This document shows positions 1-11,489 of a DNA stretch of 64,000 bases, piece by piece. The stretch's first letter is position 1. The number at the start of each line of letters is the position of its first letter. The notes below the pieces were generated by a model that was given only the letters and a program-made list of their open reading frames with translations, had not been told where the DNA came from and made no database searches. Origin of the DNA: Mobula hypostoma (Eukaryota); contig NC_086120.1 of the NCBI RefSeq assembly GCF_963921235.1, positions 8,494,001-8,558,000 of the forward strand, given 5' to 3'. Position numbers and translations under genes: made by a program.

Positions 1-329
1 CAGTTGATCAAATCTCTTGTTATACCTGAACATTCAATCAATTATTCAGACATGCTTTCCTACAAATATCACCATGCTGACTATGTACCAGTCAGAACAA
101 TCTTAACAAGATTAAACAGAAAGCACCAACAATTAAAGTTTCAAGTTGAGACAACAATTAACAAACACATGTGCTCTAGAAAGCTCCGAGCCCAATGCTC
201 CCTGGATCACTGCACAGGCCCCAAAGAGCTCAAAACAAATATGCTCCTTAATATCACTGTCCCTTGCCCTAAACTCTCCATTTACTATGGATTTATCCCT
301 TTCTGAATAGAGTTGAGATGTATCCATTG

Positions 330-720
330 AAGATCTCTCTCACATCCCCTGACTCCAAGCAGAGTTTCCACTTTGCCCCAACAGGAAACTATGCTTTCCC
401 TATTTACTGCTTTTCACCTAACATACTTGTAAAATGCCTTGGGATTCTTGTTTACCTGTGTGTTAAGTGTGTTTAATGGCTTAATGGCTCCTCTTTGCTC
501 TTCTAAGATCTCATCTATGTCCTCATATGCAAGAATCTGTTCTATTTCCAATCATATAAACCAGCTATGTGCTTCTTTCATTGCTTCATTAAGCCCTTCA
601 TATACCTTGATATTGATGATTTCTTAATCTAGCCATCTATTCCATTCACCTTTATAGGAGCATGTTAGCCCTGAGCACTCACTCTCCCACTTTTCAGACA
701 CCCTGACTAGTTAGATGTTG
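330..720 (-). mobile_element. Degenerate CR1 LINE ORF2 remnant
   Basis: Reverse complement of ~430-460 encodes KNPKAFYK, a typical CR1 ORF2 motif; no open frame; boundaries approximate. Confidence 0.45.
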
Positions 721-1599
721 TTTGTACCCAAAGCAGCTTCTTCCACTCAGCTTTACCTTTTACTGAAATGGCTTTCCCTGAGAAGTGTGAACACTTCACA
801 AATCGGCATTGAAACGTACAGAACTCTTTCCACTATCACCAAAATGCTGCTTATTGACATTTCTACCACTTCTTGAGACTCACTCCTAAGATAAGGTGGT
901 GTACGGACCATTCCCAGTAGGACTACCAAGTTATGGCAGAAAAGAATCATCAATGCGCTTTACAACATTCACCCATCTAATCCCCTCACATTGAGGCATC
1001 CCAGTGCACTCTGCGGCAGTTAAAAACACCACTACATAAATCCCTTGCTAATATGCACATTCTATAATATGAATTCCCTTTATTTATTGGTTCTTCTATC
1101 TCCTACTGACTTGTCTGAATATCTAAAGCCAAATAATTCTGTGAAAATCCACGTGTGGTTCATTTATCAAATTATTGCCGTGTAAGTGATGTTTAATACC
1201 ATTGTCCATGAAATGTTCCACGTTTGCTGATGAGTGAGAACCAACTAAAAATACAGAAATTAGCTGGATTTGATCTGTGCGACATTTGATGAACAGAACA
1301 AATTTGACTATTATTCCCCATTGACAAGTAGAGAAAAATCTTGTATCTGTTCAGAAAGCTGGGATGCCAAGTCCCAAGTAATTTCACTCACTACCCAGAC
1401 CCAATACGGCAGATACATAATTTAGTACAAAGTCAGTTTGTAGTGGTGGGACTCCAAGCCAGATCCAGTGATGGACAATGAGGTTCCGAAACAGAGTATA
1501 TTTTGTGTCCTTGTTACATTCAGTATTTCTCTATGAAAGAAGAACTTGTTGGGAAGGCCAATATTCACTAAAGTAAAGAGGAACGAGAGGATTTTACAG

Positions 1600-1860
1600 T
1601 AATTTTTAAAATTTCAGTAAGACTGGACAGAACCATTCTGAGGGAGATATCATCAATCACTGAAGAGGCAAAAACGAGAGGTGGAGTCCAAGTTATTAAC
1701 ATATTCAAGAAGAAGGTGGGTACATTTCTCAGTGCTGAATAAATGAAGAAATTTGGGGATTAAGGAACGGGTTCGGAAGAAGATAATCAGCCATGGTCAT
1801 GTCAGATGAGACAGTAGGTCCAGGGGACTGAATGGCCTACTACTGTTCCTAGTTGCACTG
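1600..1860 (+). mobile_element. Degenerate CR1 LINE 3' end
   Basis: Resembles the CR1 3' ends at 11740-12065 and 17880-18310 (atcagccatg...gaatggcctact). Confidence 0.45.
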
Positions 1861-2169
1861 TGTCCATGTCCCTCTCTGCAGCCTGTTCCACCACATCACC
1901 AGCCTGCCACTGCCACCTTAATTTATATTGCTATCATCTTCAGACTGCACTGGCCCGAAAAGTTTTGTTTCACCTGCAAATCAGGAGGTTGTGTCCACTG
2001 AACCCAAGTGCAGCACAATAAAAGAAATAGACAAACGGATGGTGGTCATCATAATTATCACTGGGGTACTCACTCACACCTACCTCCAGTCTGATAAATA
2101 ACTTGTTACTGCTACTCTCTATTATTATTGCTGTATCCTTTTTAGGTTCAGATACACATTGTCAGACCT

Positions 2170-2760
2170 GTTGTTATTATACCTGCCTATGACATCTCTT
2201 TCGATATACACACTGCACTCTGCATGAAATTACTCCTCAGGTCCCTTTTAATTCTTTCCGCTTTCACTTTCAACTTAGGCCCCCTAGTGTTTATTTCCCC
2301 ATCACTTGGAAAAGGGCCTTCTGGATTTGCACTATCTATACTCCCACTTCATTTTTTATAACTTTGTAAGTCCACACTTCATTCTCCCCACTTTAAGGAA
2401 AAGGTCCTCACCTACCCAACCTCCTCCTAAAACCCTCAGATATTACCAACATTCTCAGAGACTGTCTTTGCTCTCTTTGCAGCTTAATGATGTTGTTCCT
2501 ATAACAGTGCAATGAACACTGTACACAATACTCCAGGTACCACCTCACCCATGACTTTTAACTGTAATATAGTGTCCTGAAACCTATATTTGATGGTGTG
2601 ACTGATTTGGCTAGTGTGGCAACTGACTTCTTTTCAATCCTTTATAGCTGTGCCAATATTCTGGACACTATATAATATTGCGTATTGGTCTTTCTATTCC
2701 ACAACTTTCAACAGAGGCCGACCATTTTCTGTGATTGTCCTATCCTAGTATTATTTCTCA
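2170..2760 (-). mobile_element. Degenerate CR1 LINE 3' portion
   Basis: Similar to the minus-strand CR1 at 15750-16980 (ccccctagt, tactccag, aactgtaatatag). Confidence 0.4.
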
Positions 2761-2789
2761 AAACATGGTACCCTGGTGGCAAGGTGGAA

Positions 2790-3160
2790 ATACCTCTCTA
2801 ACAAAGCAGATGTATGCCACTTGTACCCTCTGTTAGCCTACAAGTCATCCTTGGGCAAGGTGTAACCGTTACCTAACACCCCCCGCCCTGATCATGGTCA
2901 AGAGAAGCCATGAGAGCAGCTGATTGATGCTAGTATGAGTAGCAGGTAAATATCACAACTCCAGGATACGGTACCACTGACCCCAGGCAGACAATCTCTG
3001 AAAAGTTTTGATCATGGCTGGGGTCACACAGCTTGGAAAAACACTGTCTAGAAGAAGGCAATGGCAAACCACTTCTGGAGAAATATTTGCCAGGAACAAT
3101 CTTGGTCACGGAAAGGCCATGATTGATCACATCATTCATGGCGCAAAACAAAGAACGTAA
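2790..3160 (+). mobile_element. Short RTE-related non-autonomous element
   Basis: Shares ccttg(g)gcaaggtgta and gaagaaggcaa(t/c)gg(c/g)aaaccactt with the 5' part of the RTE at 19420-19700, and a catgat-containing end resembling the RTE 3' end at ~22620. Confidence 0.55.
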
Positions 3161-6029
3161 AAATCAAAAACCTTATAGCTATCTGGATTGAACACCATTT
3201 GCCATTCTTTTCACCACTTATCCAACGGACCAATGACCCCTGTGTGTTTTGACAAGCTTTTGTTTCAGTCATCGATGGCCCAGCAAATCTTCACCACCAT
3301 TACAATTATATTGATCTCATTAGTCAATATTTCAGGATGTTCACAGGCATAGATTGTTATAGAAACAAATCCAACTGTGGTAAATACAGAGCAGTCACCT
3401 GACTCACCACCACATGGGGGATAAATGACAGAATTCTCCTCAATCACCTTCATCAGTGACCGTAGAGCTGCTCCCTGAATCACAGTGTGAAATTCATTCA
3501 CCCACAGAACAGGGGACATGATCTTCACTGTATGACTATTCCACTGACTCCATCAATCAAGAGGGTCTATAGAACATACTTCTCAAATTTGGTTCACAAT
3601 CAAATTCAGTTCTATCTTAGATTTACTCTACAAATGTTTAACAACAGATTCATTATTTGTGAAGACCAGTATCAATCTTGCAGACTTTCCTGAACATTTT
3701 TCTCAAACTGTCTTGCTCCTATGTTGCACCTCAACTCCAACAACATTTCTGCAGGAGTGCAGATAATCCCCAGAACTAACAGGAAACACTTAACCAACAT
3801 GACTGCACTTTTGGACCAAAGTTTCCCAAACTCACTAGCCAGCCTGCTTTGTACAGGTGATTCCAGCATTTATACATACACAAAGAAATGCTCACCCTTT
3901 TATTGAGGAATACTACATAATTAACCTTCTGCTCAACTGTCACATAACTCACAATTCACTAGGGGACACAGGTCACTATCTTTTCAGATACACCTGAGCT
4001 GTAGCTCAATTACAGAAGATATCTTAAGGGACTGTAAACAACCACCAACAGTACCTCCACAAAATTATCTGCAGGGACAGTTGAACTAATGCCAATCTTC
4101 TCAGTCAAACACTTGCAGTTCTAAGTCCATAGTTACATGAAGTTCTGTATGCTGGACAGGGAAGGTTGTTCATATACCTGAGTCCATTGTGTTGAATTAA
4201 TATCACGTATTCCAAGCTCTGCCATGGGAAAAGTTTGCCTGGTAGACAGAAAATAAGATTCAAATGTGTGTTCAAAACCTCTTTGAAGAATGGCAACATC
4301 CTCAATGACTTCTGGAGAGTCTCCTGCCTATGACCAATGTAGGTGAAAATGAGCATTTGGATTTGAGAAGGAAGAAACTCAAGCCCATGAATCAGGAGTA
4401 CATTGTGGTCCTGTATCAGTGGTGAAGAGAGCAGAAATTCTCACAGATTGCACACTCCCCACCTGTCAACCTCCTCCTGCCTCATCCCCAAAAGTGTATG
4501 TGGTTCTCACATTAACCTCCTTAGCTGCTTCAGATCCCACAAAAGCTGAATAGATGTAACTTATCACAATACCATCAGCACACAGTTCATCAGTTTGTTC
4601 ATTAACATCTTGGATTTGCCCATTCCATAAATCTTGTGTGAAGCTTCTTGTATTTTATCATTATTTCTCCTTTCTATAACAATGTTTATTTCTGCTCTGG
4701 AGATATTTATCTCACATTATTCCTTTTTCGACCTTTCATCTTTCATCTGCATTAAACAACACCGGTCACAATTCTGGCCGCTCGGTCCGGCCGGAACTGT
4801 TTACACCAACACACCTCTCCCTCCCATACACACACACACACAAACCCATGAACAGATCCTAATCACCCATGGTCTTCAGACATCCTTCTGCACTATTAAT
4901 TCAGACAAACATTGATCTGTACATTACTACACCCACAAAGTGAAGCAGGGGAATTAATCACCATTCTTGTTCTGCTCCCTAATATTCCTACTACCTCCTT
5001 AAATTCTGGCTGTTTACAGTATTCTGCTTCACATTCACAATGTACTATGTGACATTCATACGGAATGTAACCAGGCCCTTCAGCCCAAACTGTCAATAGT
5101 AACCATCAAGCCTGTATTTAGTCGAACTATGCACTAATCCCATTCCATTTCCTTAACTTAACATTCTATTCAAGTTCCCTTAGATTGTACCAGTGCCGAC
5201 AAATAAATGGGGCAATTTACAGCAGCAGTTAATCTACCAAACTACACTTCTTTAACATGTGGAAGGAAACTGCAGCATACAAAGGAATACAGTAGGGATA
5301 TAGTCCTGGTGGAAGTAAATTGGTTTAGTTTAAGTTGACACTATTTTTGGCACATGGGGAAGAGGCCTATTACTTTCAGGAACAGTTTGATATTCTGCTC
5401 TACAAATGACGACTTATTCTTTTTCCTGATCCTCTGCCTGCACAATGAATTCATTTGCCTGGCCAAGCCTCTGTACCTCGAGGAATGTATCCCCAAACAG
5501 TACTCGGAATATAATACAGTTAGAGGGCAAGTTGTCTTCAGGGGTCTCCTGACTCATTTACCTGCTTCTCTGTCTGTCTGGTGATATCCCAGTCTCCCCA
5601 CTGCATGCAATAACTTTAGCTACAGGATGACCATCGTCATCTGGGTGTCCATTCCTATAGAACTGAGATTCTCCTTCAGACTATTTGAGGACATATTGCC
5701 CTTCTTACTCAACAGACTTATTTATTTACTTGGGTATTCAAAGAAGATCAATGCATGTATAAACTGACTGGGACATTACCTCCTGTTCTGCATTTCCTAC
5801 TGCAGCATTGCTCCAGATCCTGGTACTATGGTCAACCTCAGATATTCCACATTCTTGCTTATGTTTATATTTATTACCCATCCAATGGTACCCAGAGGAG
5901 CTTTTGGTGAAGGCCTGCTATAAGTGGCTGTATCAATGAGTTGGGTTGGCAGGCCACTGCAGAGGGCATAGTGTGGCACTGGAGATGGATGCAGTCACTT
6001 CAAATGATACTGTAAAGGTTATTTTCACC

Positions 6030-6840
6030 AAAATAAACTTTATTCATAATAAAAAAAAGTTTAGAAGAGTAAACCGTGTAATACCTTTTCATTCTGAGGA
6101 AATCCATTAAGTATTTTTCAACTTATGTGGTCCCATTGGATCCTATACTTGCCGCAAAAATTGAGGATTTTCCTCGTCAAACCAGCCCCCTCCGGAACCC
6201 TACACTGTGCCCCTTCCCCACCGATCCCCTGCGGTGGCTGCACCAAGCTTCAGTGCATCCTCAGCATGTAATCCTGCAGCCTGAAATGTTCCTATTGGCA
6301 CCATTCCTCCAGCAACATCTTGATGACCGGCCCAACTACTTCTGTGCAGACCAAAGGGCGTATTTCACCGAGGTGATAATCTTTCAGCGGCACTTGATAA
6401 TCAGTCTCACGATGTGACGCCGGGAACGGTCCGCAGGTCAGACACTTTTCCGGCACGCTGCTGCTCGGAATGAACCGTGAAGCAGGCCCTCGCACTTTTC
6501 TTAATACCTTCTTCGCAACCCCGCAGTCCGCAAAGAGGCGAGTGACTGTCTCATCCCAACAAGAGTCCTCTCACGGGGAACGCACAGCGGCAGTGATGTT
6601 CCGGGCATACAATAGGGATCCGACTGTGAGAGCCCCTCACTCCGCTTGCCAAGCAAAGCCTTGCTGCCCAGTGGTGAGTTCTGGCGATGAGAGTCCTGCT
6701 GATGAGAGTTCTGCTGGATGATCTGACAAGCCTGCTCAGGGAACAACCCCACTGTAAAACATCGAGTCCTTCTGCTGTAGTGTCTGTAGGACGTTCTGCT
6801 TTGACCACTGACTTGTGGGCCTATGGTCAAAAGTGTTGAT
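6030..6840 (-). mobile_element. Tx1/L1-clade LINE 3' fragment
   Basis: Minus-strand translation gives ETVTHLFADCGVAKKV and SVKYALWSAQKLL (C-terminal Zn-knuckle region of Tx1-like ORF2), frameshifted; tttatt (minus-strand AATAAA) at ~6040. Confidence 0.7.
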
Positions 6841-7748
6841 CCGGTAGAATTTTTTTTTCCACAAAGGACACGTCGTATGGCACCGTTTAGCTGATTGAGA
6901 AATTACGAGGTGACGGAGCCAGACTCATTTTTCACAAAACCGGGAACAGAAAGAACCTCGACAAGGATACTTGGTAGCCACGTACTCAGGTGCCACGCAC
7001 ATTCTGAGGCAACCACGCATAAGGATGCTGTCCAACGTGAGGACGGCATTTCGTACTTTTAAACTAATTCAAAGTAAGACACTGCAGTCCGAAACATCAG
7101 TCTAATGTCGTGTTTAACTTTAAGCCAGCAGCGCATCTATTACGCGCAGCTTGTTGACCAATGCAGTTCACGTATCTATACATATATCTCGTAATTATGT
7201 ATTTAAACGAATAAGAATGCTCAGTTAAACTATGTATGTACTGAAATAAGTAAAATATTACGCAAATAATACTGAATATTAACAGTACAACAGGTATGAT
7301 TTTGCCTTGATTCTCCAAGGACTGTGCATTGTGAACCGTCTTCCTGGCTCCATCTTGGATTCCCAGAAGCTCCCGGAAGATGGCCCGGGTGTTTTCCAAA
7401 CTAGAGAAACAAGAGATGGGCCACACCCTGCGCCAACAGCAGCAACCCTGAGAGGGTGCCAGGGAGGGTGTGAACGCAATATTGAATGACCGAAGTGGGA
7501 GCGGGTATTCTGCACCTTCTACCCTGTTGTAACTGGAAGTGTGAGAGGCATCTCTGTTCCGAGAGATGGAATCAAGGAAATGAAGGGAGAGTATGGGAAA
7601 TGTCAGACAATGAACGACCTGCTCATCTGCACGTTGTCTTGAACAGATATGTCAGTTACTGATGGTATCATCGCCTCGATCCGGTGGCGTGTGACGGTGA
7701 ATGGGAGGGCTTCCAATCCTTCCTCTGGTTGGTCAGTGGGAGTCGCCC

Positions 7749-7789
7749 TGATTTGCATGGATTTCCTCCTAGAACGAATGGCTCTATAA
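7749..7789 (+). promoter_or_regulatory. Ig light-chain promoter: decamer/octamer TGATTTGCAT plus TATAA
   Basis: ATTTGCAT at 7751-7758 in light-chain orientation; TATAA at 7785-7789; 114 nt from octamer end to the leader ATG. Confidence 0.85.
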
Positions 7790-7871
7790 CTGGGATCCAT
7801 TGGCAGCGGCGGCCACAGTCCATCACAGATCCACCGGCAGAACGGAAGTAAGAAGCTGAGGGGCAACAACA

Positions 7872-7917
7872 ATGCGGACGCTGTGTTTTTTCTGGTCTCT
7901 GTCAGTGTGGCTGGGCT
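7872..7917 (+). CDS. IGL: Ig light chain exon 1 (leader MRTLCFFWSLSVWLG)
   Basis: ATG at 7872, hydrophobic signal peptide, phase-1 donor T|GTAAGT at 7918; 103-nt intron ending tctttcacag at 8020. Confidence 0.9.
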
Positions 7918-8020
7918 GTAAGTACAGGCAGCAAGTCTGCACCGCCTGTGTTTGCTGGGGTGGGTTTTGGAGTCGCGTTGAAGAGTCAATCCTTAAAGTT
8001 GAATTCCTGTTCTTTCACAG

Positions 8021-8377
8021 GTGGGGAGTCTCAGACTCTGACTCAGCCTCCAACCGTGTCGGTGAATCCAGGAGCCACGGCCACGCTGAATTGTAACATC
8101 GGAACAAAGGATAGCTATGGAGTTGACTGGTACAAGCAGACACCGGGAACAGTTCCACAGTGGATCCTGCACCACTATCATTCCTGGAGTAATCCAAGCT
8201 ACGGGCCTGGGTTTAGCAGCGACCGTTTCACGTCGACAACCAACAGCGCCGGCACCGAGTACCAGTTGAGCATAAAGAACACGGAGAAGAGTGACGCCGC
8301 CGTCTATTACTGCGGAAAGTGGTTTTCATCGACCAATACTGTCGGGTTCGGCCGAGGGACCAAGCTCTTTATTGCAG
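8021..8377 (+). CDS. IGL: Ig light chain exon 2: germline-joined V-J, sigma type
   Basis: QTLTQPP..LNCNIG..DWYKQTPG..HHYHSWSNPSYGPGFSSDRFTS..DAAVYYC-GKWFSSTNTVG-FGRGTKLFIA; both Cys, the Trp and FGxG are intact; long CDR2 and YGxGFSSxxF match sigma/teleost L2 from memory; no RSS between V and J; ends at CAG|GCAAGT. Confidence 0.9.
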
Positions 8378-8526
8378 GCAAGTGACGGGAATAAAATACT
8401 GAATAACCAAGCCTTAAGTACGGTCACTGGCATTTAATAATTGTAACGTTATTATTATTACCTGCGAATTTTACAGTGAAAATGTTGATTTACAATCCGT
8501 GTCCAGTGTCAGTTTTACTCGAAAGT

Positions 8527-8626
8527 TAGTCCTGACGAAGGGTCTCGGCCTGAAACGTCGACTGCGCCTCTTCCTATAGATGCTGCTTGGCCTGCTGCGT
8601 TCACCAGCAACTTTGATGTATGTTAC
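8527..8626 (+). mobile_element. Short Penelope-type repeat fragment in the J-C intron
   Basis: cctgacgaagggtctcggcctgaaacgtcgac...gctgcgttcaccagcaactttgatg; near-identical inverted copy at 55643-55740. Confidence 0.7.
8528..8563 (+). ncRNA. Minimal type I hammerhead ribozyme motif
   Basis: Stem I AGTC/GACT, core CTGACGA, stem II AGG/CCT, GAAA, palindromic ACGT stem III, GTC cleavage triplet ending at 8559. Confidence 0.75.
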
Positions 8627-9505
8627 TCGATAGAGTTGTGTTCGGTGAATCGTTTCCGTCTTTTAATGAAGCATTTCTCTTTTCGGTTGTCTTTTCGGAC
8701 AAACTCTCCTTCAGCACCCATCCATTGAATGCCGCTCTCCCACTGCCCAGTCCTTGCCTCTTCTCCTGCCACGAGTTCCCCTCTGCGAGCTGTTTTTTCA
8801 GGGGCCGCTGTTCCGTGATCCAGGCCACTACACCGACTATGACCAGAGCTCCCATTCTGCGGAGAATCCAACCTCCGCATCACCACAGAGAGTGGGAGCA
8901 AAATCCCTCGACATCATCCCAGATCACAGAGCGGCCTACCCTACCTCATGCTATGGAGCTCGGTACCGCGCTATTTGGGGTTCTCGCCCATTTGGGGGAA
9001 GACAGATTGTGGCTTGTGTTTAATCTCCCGACAGCAGCGGGGCCATTTCTGATGGTGGGTAGGGCCGAGGGTGGAGGAGGAACTTGGAATACAGCGTTCA
9101 GCAATTATCAGTGGCCTCTCCTATCTTGTGTCAAGAACTGACAATGGACTCAACTAAATAAACACGGCCCTACTGCCCACTGCCATACTGGGCTGAGACA
9201 CCTCTATCGAGAATGATAAAGGGGCTGATGGCACAGAGAGTGGGCACTGCCCTGGGGCATTTTGATGCCAGTGTGTCTCTCAAGTCCGTGAATGACCAGG
9301 AACCTAGCAGCATCACCGGGTGGAATAGATTTCTAGTTGGCAAACATGAAGTGTCCTTCTCCGCACTTCTAACTCCCTCTGATGCCCGTCCCTCCGTGAG
9401 ATACTTGGCCAAAGTCTACGAAGCTGGGATGTTTAACTTGAGCTTCCGTTGAAGTGTGAAATCTTCTGTTATTTTGAAACACGTCTTCTCTTGTTCATTT
9501 TGCAG

Positions 9506-9828
9506 ATCCGCAGCTCCCGGACCCTTCAGTGAAACTGCTTGGGCCGTCGGCCGAAGAGATCTCCGCTAAAGGATCGGGCACCTTAGTTTGCCTGGTCAGT
9601 AAATTGTCGATCGGCTTCCCTGTCGTCAGCTGGACAGTGAACGACAGGCCGACGAGCAGTGAGGTGCAAACCAGCGGGGTGACTCAGAACGCGGACAAAA
9701 CCTTCAGTCTCAGCAGCTACCTGACGGTGCCCGGCGCAGACTGGAGCAGTGGGAAGAGGTACTCCTGCTCAATTCAACAAGGAGCAGCCTCGACAATATC
9801 CGCAACAGTCACACAATCCAGCTGCTAA
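9506..9828 (+). CDS. IGL: Ig light chain exon 3 (C1 constant domain)
   Basis: Acceptor ttttgcag|AT; DPQLPDPSVKLLGPS..TLVCLV..VSWTVN..TFSLSSYL..YSCSI..QSSC*; terminal Cys; the three exons total 726 nt = 241 aa plus stop. Confidence 0.92.
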
Positions 9829-10116
9829 ACAGAGCGCGGCTTTGGCCTTGTTTGTCCCCGGTTAACGGGAGATCATGTCCTTGTATCTTTCACCTCTACC
9901 ACTCTTACTCGCTCTTCACTGTACTTCCCTTCTGTTCCGCTCCCTGTAGTTTCCACTGTGATGTTGGAATATTTGTGCTCTGATTTGAGGCTGATTTTGT
10001 CATTTTTCCTACGGAGAAGCCACGCGGTGTTAAAGTTGATAGTTCCATGGCTTTTGGAAATTTCAGGCGGTGAATGGTTTTCTCTGGCACCGGGGTTTGG
10101 ATTAATCAGAATAATT

Positions 10117-10122
10117 AATAAA
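10117..10122 (+). terminator. Polyadenylation signal of the Ig light-chain gene
   Basis: AATAAA 288 nt after the stop, followed by a GT-rich stretch. Confidence 0.6.
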
Positions 10123-11380
10123 TGTTTTTGACATTCGCTCTCAGTTTCAAACTAACAGAAGGTAACTGTGACTAACTACCAATAAATATGATCAATGCAG
10201 GAATGATTTCCATGTGTGTGTTTTGTCATCTTTCGTGTTTATTATATTTTGACACCGAGTGGGAGGATCTCAGTGAAAGGAGATTTGTTTCTCTGCTTAG
10301 GTTAGTGTCCTGGTTTCCTGAAGTTTCTCTTCAGCAGCTTTGAACACCGAACTTCAGCAAAGAAGGACGGCAAGTACCATTGAGGACAGTGTGGTGTGTT
10401 GTCTGTAAGACTGCGATGTCAGCAGTTGGTTTTGGGAAGTTTACTGAAGGAAATGAAGTGAACATGGCTGCAAATATTCAGGTTTTGGTGTAGCTTTGGT
10501 AGAGAGAGGGATAAATTGTAGCTATGTTCTGTGCTAGTGAAGTTTCGGCAGTAATCACCGACACTGACAAATGGGAAAATCTGATTGTCTGAAATAATTG
10601 GATTGCAAGGGATGAAAATTGCCCATTCAGAAGTTTAAAAGCTGTAACTCAGCTATCATTTAGACGATGTCGTTGGGGTGACAGAGTCCAGAAGCAGAAT
10701 AGTTAAGCATTTGTTTCACATCAGTTCCCGATCCCCCTTCCCCTACTGTCTCAGCCGCACTCTCACTCTCTCTGCCCTTTCTTTGCAACCGAACACTCTT
10801 CCGATCAATGCATCCTAGGCTGACCCCTCAGACTTTCTCCATTGGCAGCGCCATTACATTTATTTCCCGAACACTGTTCCTACTTTGATACTTCACCCCC
10901 CTCCCCACCAGCTCGCTTCCATTCTGCGAGCCCACCTCCACTCACCTACTTCCGGTTACCTCGATGAAGGGCCAGTCAACTCTTGGTGATTAAGGGCGGG
11001 GATTTCAAGTAATGACGACAGTCCTGCTGTTCATCATTTGAGAAGCAGAACATTTGGTGGCAGGGAGAGGAACATTATGTGGGTAAGAGAAAGAGAGATA
11101 TAGAAAGAAGGAGTGAGAGATGGATAGAGAGAGGGAAACAGCTGATAGAGAAGGTGAGGTGAGGGGAAATGCCCAGGAGACAGAAAGGCAATAAGGAAAG
11201 CAGGTGAGAGGTGGGGGCAGAATTTCTTATAGAGGAGAGGTAGAGTGAGAACCTGGCCATGCTGGTACAACTGGAATTGTTCCTTAATGTCCTGCCCCTC
11301 ATTTCACACAACCTTCCCCTCCTTCCCCTTGCTGTTCTCTCCTCCCTTTTAATCTTCCCGTGTTACACCGCTCCCTGCTT

Positions 11381-11421
11381 TCTCTCTCTCTCTCGACACA
11401 CACACACACACACACACACAC
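11381..11421. repeat. (TC)n(CA)n microsatellite
   Basis: Directly visible. Confidence 0.95.
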
Positions 11422-11489
11422 TCAAATGGACTTTAGAAAGATCTGTGCAGTTTGCACGTACATGGGATTTTGTAGGGATTGGGGACATC

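Noticed and set aside
1200-1480. Faint resemblance to retroviral pol (KIQKLAGFDLCDI)
   Set aside because: Short match, many stops and no catalytic motif.
3481-3520. CACAGTG heptamers (also at 24815 and 56205) as possible RSS of extra V or J segments
   Set aside because: No ACAAAAACC-like nonamer at 12 or 23 nt and no adjacent V or J coding sequence.
8021-8377. Retrocopy origin of the joined VJ
   Set aside because: The leader intron, J-C intron and octamer promoter are all retained.
8620-9141. 173-aa ORF in the J-C intron
   Set aside because: No recognisable domain, non-ATG start and no splice context; likely chance in GC-rich sequence.
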